DNA of 59,273 bases, filler included, from Bipalium vagum (taxonomy: Eukaryota), in assembly GCA_037834085.1 (NCBI GenBank). It is 3 parts of 3 records of this genome, joined end to end, with 100 filler letters (N's around TTAATTAATTAA, not from the genome) between each part and the next. Parts side by side here need not be neighbours in the genome. Positions count along the whole stretch, not along the records: positions 1 to 27,162 come from JBBMKC010094788.1; 2 more parts are not named here. One strand, 5' to 3'. Positions 15,144 through 26,534 of this stretch are shown here, one piece after another. A program made the position numbers and the translations under genes. Position 1 is the first letter of the stretch; each line of letters starts with the position of its first letter. The notes under the pieces are model-generated. The model saw only the letters and a list, made by a program, of their open reading frames with translations, had not been told where the DNA came from and did not search any database.

Positions 15144-15392
15144 TTAACCTTTTCGCTGCGCAATTCGTTTTGAGATTTTGTGCCTGCTGTGCGCATTTCG
15201 CGGTGTGGAGCAGCGAAAGGGTTAAACAGCAAAAATAATCGTATAGAGCAGAAAACATGAATAATACATAGTAAAAATAGTCGTATTGAGCAGCTAACTA
15301 ATTTAAAACTAAGCGCGAAAATATTCGTCGGGAGCGTATGATACACAAGTTTTTTTTGCGAATATATACGTGTGGAGCAGCGAAAGGGTTAA
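15144..15392. mobile_element. piggyBac-like MITE with duplicated right terminus
   Basis: TTAA-CCTTTTCGCTGC at 15144; GCAGCGAAAGGG-TTAA ending at both 15225 and 15392. Confidence 0.75.
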
Positions 15393-16071
15393 ATCTGGTA
15401 ACACTTTAAACATTTTTTGCCTATGGTTTTGGAACGGAATTGTTTTTCGTGCCACTTGCTGAATTTTACTTCTAAGTGAAAAGTGGTTTAAGCTCAAAAA
15501 CAAGCGAAAATAAAATGATATAGCTGTGTTAAGTGAACGATTTTTATTCCGACAGAAATTTATGAAATGGGAAATTACATCATCCGTTTGGAATGAGGCA
15601 AACGTGATTTGGAAATTTGTTCCTGGAGAAATAGTGCATTATAATTATGTAATTTTTGACCAGTTTAAAGGAAATGTTCAACTAATATGTTGCACATTGA
15701 TGCACATTATAAACAATCACTGTGAAAATGAAATCCGGTTCTATATCGATATTCGGTCATGTTATTATTACTGTTATTATATGAAATTTCATTGAGTAAT
15801 CTAATCTTTTATTGTGTAGATACTGTGCTCGATATTTTATTATTAAAAGTCTTTTTGTAAGAAAACGAAGTATTTCACTACATTTTTCATTAGGAATCTG
15901 CATTAATCAATAAAAATAATAATAATAAAATGGTTTTTTTATTAGTTATTTTTATAAATAAAATTTACTGATTCTTATTTTTATCGATTTTTAAGGAAAA
16001 TTGATTATTATTTTTATCTTTTTCGATAAAAAACTTTTGAACTTTTTCTTATTGAAAATTTTTCCTTTAAG

Positions 16072-16233
16072 AAATCCGGTTCAAGGTATTAAATATCTCA
16101 TAAAAAATCAGTTTGTTAAATCTCATCCTACTCACATTGCCAAATTCTTCTTAACCAAAAACGGTATCAGTCGAAACGCCGTCGGTGATTATTTAGGACT
16201 GATCAGTGATCCTTTAGCTTTACAAGTGACAAA
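16072..16233 (+). CDS. IQSEC: IQSEC Sec7 exon
   Basis: NPVQGIKYL...IAKFFLTKNGISRNAVGDYLG; phases match neighbours. Confidence 0.92.
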
Positions 16234-16293
16234 GTATTGATTTCTCTTTTTTTCTCTGGAAATGACCTTGATCAATTTTTTTCTACATTTCAG

Positions 16294-16375
16294 ATATTTT
16301 CTAAGGCGAATTAATATGAAAAACAAAGAGGTCGACGAAGCACTCAGATCTTTCATTTATTACGTTCATTTACCG
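16294..16375 (+). CDS. IQSEC: IQSEC Sec7 exon
   Basis: After 60-nt GT-AG intron; YFLRRINMKNKEVDEALRSFIYYVHLP. Confidence 0.92.
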
Positions 16376-16717
16376 GTACGTTTTGAATTTATAATAAAAA
16401 ATATTGATAAATAATAATTAATTGAAATATTTATAAATAATATATTAAATAATTACTTTTATTGTTATTATTAATTATTTTTTTACTTTAATTTTATTAT
16501 TAGTAATAATAATTAATTAAGATAAATTTATCATATAATAATAATTAAAATTATATTATTAATTTTAATTATAAAAATTAAAACCTTTAAAGAATATCAA
16601 TAATAAAAATAATTTATTTTAATAAAGAAAATCAATGATAAAGATTTTTAATGACTTGTTCAAAGATTTTTTTACTCTAAAACATGTCTTCGAATCTCGA
16701 ATATTTTTTCTCTATAG

Positions 16718-16931
16718 GGAGAATCGCAAAAAATTTCACATCTTATGGAACAATTTAAAGAAGCGTATGTACATCAAAACGAGAAGCACCACTTCAGATC
16801 AGCTGATACGATAATGGTACTGGGATACGCCATTATCATGTTACAGACGGATGCACATAATTTGTCGATAAAGAAAAACGAAAAAATGACTTTGGAACAG
16901 TTCGTTAACAATCTGCGGGGCGTGGATGAAA
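16718..16931 (+). CDS. IQSEC: IQSEC Sec7 exon with catalytic glutamate finger
   Basis: Splicing gives LP|GESQKI; also DTIMVLGYAIIMLQTDAHN and FVNNLRGVD. Confidence 0.93.
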
Positions 16932-16992
16932 GTAAATTGAGCTCTTTTATCCAATATAGCACAAGTGAAACTTGATTATGAATATTTTTCAG

Positions 16993-17177
16993 ATCACGAT
17001 ATTGATCGAAACATTCTTGAACCGATTTATGCCAGGGTAACAGGAAAGGAGTTGAAAACCATGCCTGATCACACCGATCAGGTTCGGCATTTAAATGACA
17101 TTATTTGCGGTGCCAATAAGCCTGTCGATCTTCTGAATCGAGTTCGTCGATTTATGTGTTATTGTCGCTTATTAGAG
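16993..17177 (+). CDS. IQSEC: IQSEC exon (Sec7 end, PH start)
   Basis: After 61-nt intron; ELKTMPDHTDQV and RRFMCYCRLLE; gtgagt donor. Confidence 0.92.
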
Positions 17178-17222
17178 GTGAGTATGATTCCTTTTATTGG
17201 TATTCTGGTTTCATTGATTGAC

Positions 17223-17254
<32 letters not shown>

Positions 17255-18784
17255 AAATTGATTTTAATTATTGTTTCAATTTTTTATATATTTGAAATAA
17301 TAATCAATAAATGCCAAATAATAAATATTTCAAATGTGTAGTTTTATCTGATCTATTTTTGTTCAATCTAAACAAATACATTATTTACGATATGGATCCC
17401 GAAATCGATATACTTGTGATCGAATGCTGATCGGTCTATGCTTGGAAATGGCTGTAGTGTTCTTTTCAGATAAATTCAAATAAATGAAACATGATAACAG
17501 AAAAATTATAATTTAGGTTTTTCTATGATCTTTTTCAATTTGATCTTTAAATGACTCTTTTATTTTACTCTTACACCTGTCAAGTGTCATTAGCAATTTC
17601 AATATTTTGAAATTGAGAGAATCACTCGTTAAGAGCCTTATAGAAAATGATAAAACCAAGTAACCTCCACAATCGCTACTGGTCAGAATTGATACATTGG
17701 TCATTTGGTCTCATTCCTGGCTACAATTAAAAATGCTGGCAGCTGTCATAATTGATTCGTTTTCAAACTTCCTTTTCTTGGCCAAAATTGATTTTTATAT
17801 TATGCCGAAAATTTTTATTGTTTTACCATGATAAATTTTTCCACTAGCCGTCTGAAAGAACTTTTTTTTGTATCAAAAGTCCAAAATATCTCACACTGTT
17901 AATAAATTTTGGTAATTGCAAAATGCGCAAAAATAAAAAATTATTCTGCCACCATTAATCACCGAAATTTTACATTTACTATTTGCCTTTTATGTTTTTT
18001 TTAATTAATAAATTGGATCATATTTAACATTTTTCACCGTACGAACGATTATCGATCAATTCTTATCTTCATTTATATCTTTAATATGTAAAAAATGATT
18101 TCATTTTTATATTAGCAATTATGTTTTAAATTTTTTTGTTAGTCCACATTTTTCGATTTATTCTTTTTCAGTTTTAATTCAGTTTTATAATTATTATTTC
18201 TTATTCCATTCATTTTTTTTTCGATTTTAATGTTATTATTTCATTTTATTATATATAAGTTTCACTATTTTTAATAATTTTTCAAAATAATTATTTTAAT
18301 TATATATTCAGATTATATTTTTTAAGAGAATTATTATTATTACTATTATTATTTTTTTTTATTATTAGATAAAATAATATTTTATGGTTCTTTTTTCTAT
18401 ATTTTTATATTTTTGCGCATTACTTTAATCTTTTAGTAATGTAATTGACTTTTTCAACATAAAAATCTGAGTTTATGTTTTTGTACATAACTTTAATTTG
18501 ATTAACTTTTTATGCTATTATTTTTCTCTAACCTAAATTAATCAACATTAACTTAATTTGTTTATTAATTCTTTTTAATTTTTTAATTAAAAATATTTTT
18601 ACCTTCAAAATCAAAGGGTTTTAAGCTAAAATTAAATTTATTGTAAAATTCAAAAAATCTTGAAACATTATTTTTTACAGTTACGATTTTTCTCCTATTA
18701 ATATAAAAATATAATTTCATTAAAACAAAATCGAATAATTACAAAATTGTATTTGAAACGTTTTACATATTGATTTTGGTATTT

Positions 18785-21700
18785 TTGAGCGAAAGCTGTA
18801 ATTTGATCAATGGCAAAATTGATATATATTTATGTATATGAAAGTCTTGTCTCGTATTTCAGTCTTTCCTACTTGACTTAATGGAAGAACATCTGTTATA
18901 TTTTATTCATTTTTCATCAATTGTATCACGTATTATTGAATATTATTAAGATTATAATAATGGACCTTCTTTGGAAAAGGTTTTGACTTTTGAGCATATC
19001 AAGATCTTAAGATTGATAATTAATATCCTCTCTATTTCTGTACGGATATAACTAATGGTTTCTTGTGTAGAAATTTTAGAAATTCAAGAATAGCTGAACT
19101 ATTTTTACAAGGTTTTCGTTCTAATCAATTTCCAATATCTTTTTTCTATTTCTTATCATTTGAATGACACAGTGAAATATAAATTTATTTATTTATGAAA
19201 TAAAATAGTTTCACAAAACAGAAAACAGTTGTCATTTGTAAATTAATTGCGCATTTAATAACAAAATCAAACATATTTTTATTCAAAATAAACAAAGTTC
19301 GATCTGTGTTGTTCCAACTACGAAAAGAGTTTGCTGTTTTCTTTTGATAAATATGTGCATTTTTGGAATCAATGAACTTTTTCAAGTATTTTTTGACCAA
19401 ATATTTTTCTTTAACCACATCTTTTCGAGTAATAATAAAAAATATAAATTAATAATAATAATAATAATAATAATAAAATAGAAATTATTTAGAAAATATA
19501 AAATACTTTTTATAATATAAAAGATTAATCGAAAGAAATTATTTTTTATTTGAAAGTTCTTTGTAAATCACCATTGCTTCTGGAAAACCTTTTGGAACAT
19601 TAAAAAATATTTTAATTATAGATTTCTTATTTACATTTTTGTTTAATATTTATACAATTTGTAATAAAACAATCAAAGGAAATTATTTTATGTCACATCT
19701 TGACCTTTTATTGTGATGATAATAATAATAGTAATTATAATAATAACATCTATAATAATAAATCATTTCATCATCGTAAATAATAATCATAATCATAATA
19801 TTATTTCGCCTATTTTATAAAGTTACAAATATAAATATGCGATTTGTCGCACGTGTTCAATTTGACATTTTACCTTTCACATACATTGAAGAATTATTAT
19901 TTATGTAATTGAAATTGAGTAAGTGAAATTAATTTCTTTTCAATTTTCTGATTGCTTTTTCAATGTTTTCACTGATACTCTGTTCAATGGATCGAACCTT
20001 ATTATTGATTACTCCATAAAATGATAATTAGATTCAGATAATTATCCTATGAATTAAAAACCATTCTAATATTTCCCAGAAAAGAGAGAAAAATTTTTTA
20101 TTTATATTTCCCTTAATTTCATTTGTGTTACTGGTGTCATTTTTATTAAGATGTGATTTTATAACTAGAAATTTTTATCTGAGGTATATTTCGATTATCT
20201 TTAGTGCCATTTGAATTTACTCGTATTATTTAATAATTTCATGGTAATCTTTCAGTTAAGCGCAGTAAGATTGACACCAGTTTTCTGAACTGCGTAAAAT
20301 AAATAAGATTAAGATATTTGAATAAAATCTGCATTTACTGTAAGAATTCCAGTTCAAAGCTTGTACTGGCAATTATGACTACAAATAAAGGCGGAAAACG
20401 CCGAACTGTTTTTATTTCGTTCACGCCACATGCATTCGTGAATGTGTGGCATGAAGAACGCATTAAATGTCAGAAGATGTTGGTACTTTAAAATCTTTTA
20501 CATCGCTTAGTTGGAGTACCATTTTGATTGGATTATTTTCAATAAAGAAATCCAAAGATTTCCAAATTTCGGCAATTTTTTATCTGAAATACTTAATTAT
20601 CATTTGCATTGTTCGTTACACTATTAACTAAATTGTCTTGTGAAAATGTGCAAAATAATTTTGTAATACTAAATATTCTGTGTTTTTTTTCGTGGAAAAA
20701 CCATTACTCAAAAATCTTCATTAATCTTTCTTGTCAAACGATAAACCAATTCTTTTTTAATTTTATTAACTTTAAAATATCACTGAAACCGCAGACCATT
20801 AATTTTAAAAATTGACTTATTAAAAAATCACTTTTTGATTAATTAATTACTTCGTTAATTAATTAATTCGTTTGCAAAAAAGGTTTTCTTTTACATTTAG
20901 TTTTTTTGAAAGAAATCTGTTTAAAAATATAAAGCGAAAAGTTATTCTCGTGTCATCGAATCTTTTTCCCATGTCTTCTAAAGAGTTTTTTTCATATTTC
21001 AGAAATTATTTCTACTATTATTATTTACAATTAACTTTTATTTTAGTTACTATCACTTAATTTATTATTATATCAGAAACTTTTACATCTTAGAAAAATA
21101 ATAATTTTCTATCCTGGTCTACTTTACTGAAACATTTCCAATACTTAAGTAATTATATCATAAAATTTCAGGTTCAGTAAAACGAAAAATCATTTTCCTT
21201 ACAGTAGTTCATTTAAGCAAAAAATAAATTTTAATAACTTTTTCTATGACTATTAAACATAAAAAAGTTTATTTAAATAAAACGAAATTCATAAATCATT
21301 TATTTTGAGATCGTTTGAAAACGTAATCTTTTCATTCTACTTTATTAAAACAATTTTTTTAATGATATTTGTTCTTTTAATGAATCTTAAAAGCCTCTTA
21401 CTTTTAGATAATAATATATTGAAAATTGCTGTTGTACCATACAATGGTCTTTTTATTTTAGAAAATACAGTTCATAAAATGGTAAAATAAAACATAAGAG
21501 ACAGTTAATTTATTTTCATTAACTTATGGATTCTGTTGGAATGTTTACGGATCAGTGATTATTATGATTATTATTATTGTGAAAGAAAATGTAAACTATG
21601 GATCTTTTTATTATGCGTACCTGAATTATTTTATTATTGCGTTTGACTGACTACTGCTTTTGTCTACGAGACCCTGTTACTTTTACTTGTTGATCTGTCC

Positions 21701-21884
21701 TGAGAATTTTCTTTGTTCATAAAAAATTTACAGATTTTCTCAAGAGATTTTTTCTATTAAGTATCCTTTTAAACGTCTGTGATCAGATCAATTGAGAAAT
21801 AAATTTGTGCTTGAATTTGGCACTGAAAAATCGAGATTTCATTTGTTTCATGCGGCTCATAAACCGATCTTAAGCTCTGTGTAG
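18785..21884 (+). pseudogene. divergent syntrophin-like locus (cryptic gene or pseudogene) nested in IQSEC intron 17178-22802
   Basis: Segments in syntrophin order: 18785-19171 (FQSFLLDLMEEHL; IKILRLIINILSISVR), 19801-19918, 20080-20133 (YISLNFICVT), 20256-20293, 20345-20482 (TVFISFTPHAFVNVWHEERI), about 20913-21045, 21094-21171 (FLSWSTLL), 21408-21481 (KIAVVPYNGLFI), about 21747-21884 (YPFKRL*SDQLRNKFVLEFG...HKPI); several in-frame stops. Confidence 0.65.
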
Positions 21885-22802
21885 GCGGATTTCTCATTCA
21901 TCGATTTTGACTTTAAATTATTTCGTTTCCGTTTTTCATTTTCTTATTAGTTTTTTATTTAATTTTTTCTTATTAATTTATTTAATAAAAATTATTATCT
22001 CAAAAAACGTCTCTGGAGAAAATCTATTATTTTTTGAAAATATCTCATTCGTTCTATAAACCTAATTTTATTATTGTTGTCTGTTTATCCTTTTATTTCA
22101 CCTTTTTTATCTTGTTTTTTTCTTTCTGCAAAATTCAAAAGTCACTTTGAATGTGAGATGTGATTCTTTATTTTTTTATTTTCCAATTTTAATAATGAAA
22201 TCAATTGTTCTTATCTTAAAAGAATAAACGTCTTAACATTTTTTGAGTGAGCGGATTGTAAGAAAAATCAGGAGAGTATTCTTGTATTGATAACCATAAA
22301 GTTATACAATGTATTTCAAATCAATAGGAATTCAGCCTGATGCCCTCCTCTGTTTTTCACAAAACCCAATCATATACACTTCATAAAAGATTTACATAAT
22401 TTTTATTTTGATATGGTTATTTGGCAAACGACTAAAATACACAAATAACGATCTGTGTGATTGGAACCAGATTTAGGTTCGATAATGTTGTTATTCTTAT
22501 CGTTGGTCGTTGCTTAACATGTTACAAGTTTGATAGAATAATGAAAGAGTGTGGGTAAAAATGGTGAATTGTGATTCCTGTTGTTGTACGATGTCAAATA
22601 ATAAACAAATACCACGACCATAACATAAGAAATCGATGCCGATGATCATCAGCATCGTCGTTGGTTTTATTTCTCACGCTTGGGGCTGTGAATTTGGAAC
22701 GCGCGCTATACTTTGTGTCTAAATCTGTATACGATTTGGAAGGCTGATTGTCGTTGTCTCTTGTCGCCTGGATCGCAGTTATTGTATTTAATCATTTTTC
22801 AG

Positions 22803-22977
22803 ATAATCGATGATGGCAAGAAAAACAAGTCAGCTGCCCATCAGAGAGAAGTGTTTCTCTTTAATGATTTATTAATGATAACGAAATTACAAAATAAATC
22901 ACGTAAAGACGATCAATACCAATGTCGATATGCTTTACCACTGGTCGATATTCAAGTGAAACAGTTCAGAACGACAA
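22803..22977 (+). CDS. IQSEC: IQSEC PH-domain exon
   Basis: HQREVFLFNDLLMITK; phase 0 start matches 17177; gtaag donor in phase 1. Confidence 0.92.
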
Positions 22978-23038
22978 GTAAGATAATTTCGGTTTTTTCC
23001 TTTTCTTTTTTTCCTTTCCTCTTCTTGACCTTCTGCAG

Positions 23039-23098
23039 TAGACATAAAATTTCTTTTAATCGAATTGGATTAAGATATTCTTCGATCAGATATTTTGA
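23039..23098 (+). CDS. IQSEC: probable next IQSEC exon, containing in-frame TAA at 23071
   Basis: 61-nt intron with strong polypyrimidine tract and CAG/TAG tandem acceptor; reads IDIKFLLIELD*DILRSDIL then gtaaat. Confidence 0.55.
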
Positions 23099-23719
23099 GT
23101 AAATAAATTATAATATATATAATCTTCTTATTTTATTGACATTTATATTTATATGATTATCATCATTATTATTATTGTGAATATTATTTTTATTATTATT
23201 AATTTTATTAGACAAATTTTGATGTGTATATATTATAATATATATTGATTATGTAAATGAGGTAATTTCACTGAAAGAAAAGAGAAAAAGTTGAAGATTT
23301 TAATATAGTGCCAAAATTTTTAGGGTCCAAGAGTTTTGTCTGACATTTTTAAAATAATTTAACTAAATTAAGTAAATGAGTTGTTATTATTATTAAAACT
23401 ATTATTTTTATTATTATTACTATAATTATTAGTATTTTTTGAAATAATTTTAAGTTATTGAAAAAAAATCCTAAATTTGTGCTTATTCTTATTTAAAATT
23501 ATTTAATAAAATATTTATTTTTTGTTTGCATCTTTTCTATTATTGTCTGAAAAATATTTTAATAACTTTATTAATTTTTTTGAAAATTTACTTTCGTATT
23601 TCAAATATTATGTTATAATCAAATTTAATTTTACATATTCATTAAAACAGATAATATTTTTTTTTGCTTTTTTAAAAAATGATTTTTTTTCTTTTAATCA
23701 ACTCATATTATATGATTCC

Positions 23720-24430
23720 TTTCCAGTCGCACGAAATACACAGCAACACTTTATTGGTGAAATTTATTCACTGTCGTTGTGTTTGGGTGTTCATCACATT
23801 TTACCCAAGGTCTTAAGTCCTGGACATAATTATATAAAATTTATTTTCCTTCCCCAGTTATATTTCTTTAGAGAAACGGAATTTGTTGATTTAGCTTGAG
23901 TATTGAATTGTATATTGATATTAGATCAATTAATTTTTTTCATTTAAATGATGTGAAATACAATTATCATAACGAGATAGATAACCTATCTTATTCAAAT
24001 GGTTTGAAATTGACTTTTGATATACATGATCATATCCGTGATGTCTTGCGTTGTGTAATATTGGTTTTTCCTAATCATAACGTCGATATGATCACACTTG
24101 GTCAACAATGGTCTCCCTGAGCGTTCACCATCTTCAACACAGAACCGGAACTTTTTAAACCTGTTCTGATATACTCGTTCGGTCACTACATTATTCCCAT
24201 ACAATTCACAATTTTTTAAGAAAATAAAATAACATCAATTGTCTTCCATTTTTTTCCTCTAATTTAAACTCAAGAATATTTTTAAAAAATAACATTCTTA
24301 AAGTGATATCTCTAGTTTGAGTATTAAAAAAAAGACATTTTTGTTTTAGACTTTTTTTTAATTTAGACTTTCAATATTTCTCTTATTTAAGTCAATACAA
24401 AATAACGAAAACTTTTTACTCAATCCAATA
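23720..24430 (-). mobile_element. decayed mariner 5' part
   Basis: YGNNVVTERVYQNRFKKFR...EDGERSGRP; TIR-like end ...caatccaata. Confidence 0.85.
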
Positions 24431-25056
24431 CATAAGACACTTGAATCAATGTGTCCATCACAACTTGACTTTGACCGAAGTGTTCTCTTTGGCAATAGCA
24501 CCAGTCGTTCTTATCACGCATTATGACAGGTGACGAAATGGAATCTGCATATTAATTTTAAGTTTGGCAAGAAAAAATAAATGGTGATCACCAGGAAACT
24601 TCTTGGATAAAATTACCTCTAATATCAGAATAAAACAATTTTTAGTGATGTACAGGAAGTTATTTATATTTAAATACATCATAGAAACATGAAAATAACC
24701 TCGGAAAATTATTTATCAATTGTGTTTATTAAAAGCAACAACATATGACCATTGACCAAAAATCCACCTATAGTGGTTATGTAAACCAGTCGTATACATC
24801 TTTACTGACAAAATCAGCCATTGACAAAATAGATTGATAGATTCTATCTCCCTCTCTTCATTTAACTGAAATAGTCCCAACAACGTATAATTTCCCATAT
24901 CTATCGACCACTCACTCAAATGTTTGGAGGAAGATACAAACGACTGAAGCTTAATGGTTCTTGGTATTATTGTGAATATATATTCTATTTATTAATGAAT
25001 GTATCAAATTATATTTATTCTTTCCAAACCGACAGTGTTTATTATAGAACCCAATA
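24431..25056 (+). mobile_element. decayed mariner fragment
   Basis: RIMTGDE motif; TIR-like end ...gaacccaata. Confidence 0.65.
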
Positions 25057-25369
25057 TTAACAAAATATCAAAGTTTTGAATTCAATTCCAAAATGCAGTT
25101 TAAAAAGGAAAAATATCTAAAGTGCAATGGAAAATATACTTTTTTACAGAAACCTTTTTCACTTGATCCATACATTTTGAATAACGAAACCTGTTTTGAT
25201 TTATTAATCATTTCCGAACTTAAAATCGGCTTTTGAAATTTATTGAATAGAATTTTATTGACATTCATTGTTTCGTTGAAAGAATTACTTAAAGGAAAAA
25301 GAAAGAAATACAAAAATTATATATACAAAATTTCTGTATTGATAAAGTAAAATTGAATAATTGTATTAG

Positions 25370-25476
25370 AATTTTTTCGGAGCAATATAGATTTTCAGAA
25401 TTATTGGGAAATCTTGAATGATAATATTATATTACTATGCAATACGTTCATTAAAAAAAATATTTATACGAAAAAT
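25370..25476 (+). CDS. candidate IQSEC PH C-terminal helix exon (very divergent)
   Basis: Phase-1 start; KFFRSNIDFQNYWEILNDNIILL resembles recalled INFNAPNPQDRKKFTDDLRESIAEV. Confidence 0.3.
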
Positions 25477-26218
25477 GTCGGTTTTTTAATTGCTTCAAAT
25501 AATTATTTGAATAATTTTTATTATTTGGTTCACTAAAATTCAAACAAAAATATTTTTTAATAAAATTGATTTTGTGTAATATATTACGTTTTGCTTTTTT
25601 TATGGAATATTTTATTTCTTTTTCATGTTAAAAAAATAGAATGTCGTTTTTTATAATTTTTTCTACCCTAAACCAAAATTCCACAAAAGTTAAAATCATT
25701 ACCATCTAATGAAAATTAACAGAAAATCTTTAATATTATTTTATTTTTTACACATTCTTCAAAAATGTAAAATAGAAATTCCGTTTTTTATTGGTAAATT
25801 AACGAGTTAATTTTATGCTAGCTTGAAAATATTAAAAAAATACGGTCAAGTAAAAATTATTAGATAATTAGAGAGGACATTAATAATTTTTATTTTTCAA
25901 AAAAAGAATTTTAGTGTAAATCGATAATGATTTTTTTTCTTTAATCATTTTTTAGAAATGAGGATTAATTTAAAAGGATTGATTGATAAAATTTGATAAT
26001 AAATATTTTGATTTTAATTAGTTTAGTAAATTATTTATCGACTGAAATTTATTGATATAATATTTATCAAATTTCTAACTTTTTGTGTTTTTTTACGAAA
26101 TTAATAATTTAAAAATAATTGAAATCTAATTTTTGTATAATATTTAAATGTTTTTTTTATTTATGAAAAAAAATTCTCGCTAAACTCATTTCTTTTCGTG
26201 TTTATTATAATAATAAAA

Positions 26219-26534
26219 CTTCCTGACGAGTTGAAATGTGAAATTGAATATTTTTCTGGACATAAATGATGATTTCTCTCATTTTTGGCTAAGTTTTGTG
26301 GCGCTAACGTGATAATTTTCTTATAAATGTTCTTATTTCTGATAAAATTTGTTTCTTCTTCTACTTTGTAATTTATTACTTTAATTAATTTCTAATTGAT
26401 ATTCCAAGTTATTGTGACAAAATCTTGTACGTTGGTCGCCGAATAAAATAATTTAATGAGAATAGCAAGGATGTATTTTTATGCTGAACATTATGCAATT
26501 ATTCAATTACCTAAAATTAATATCTTTTTTCGAG
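26219..26534 (+). pseudogene. cryptic RIM-like PDZ exons (26219-26367, 26409-26534) with in-frame stops
   Basis: Joined across a 41-nt GT-AG intron: FLAKFCGANVIIFL*MFLFLIKFVSSSTFYCDKILYVGRRIK*FNE aligns without gaps by eye to the recalled RIM1 PDZ. Confidence 0.55.

Noticed and set aside
20260-20480. Cluster of hairpins suggesting an ncRNA
   Set aside because: Better explained as two phase-compatible coding exons with PH-domain features; no known ncRNA motif seen.
12783-22977. Genome-wide reassignment of TAA/TAG to Gln
   Set aside because: About 640 IQSEC codons use CAA/CAG freely with no internal stop, and the cryptic stops fall opposite Gly or Glu more often than Gln.
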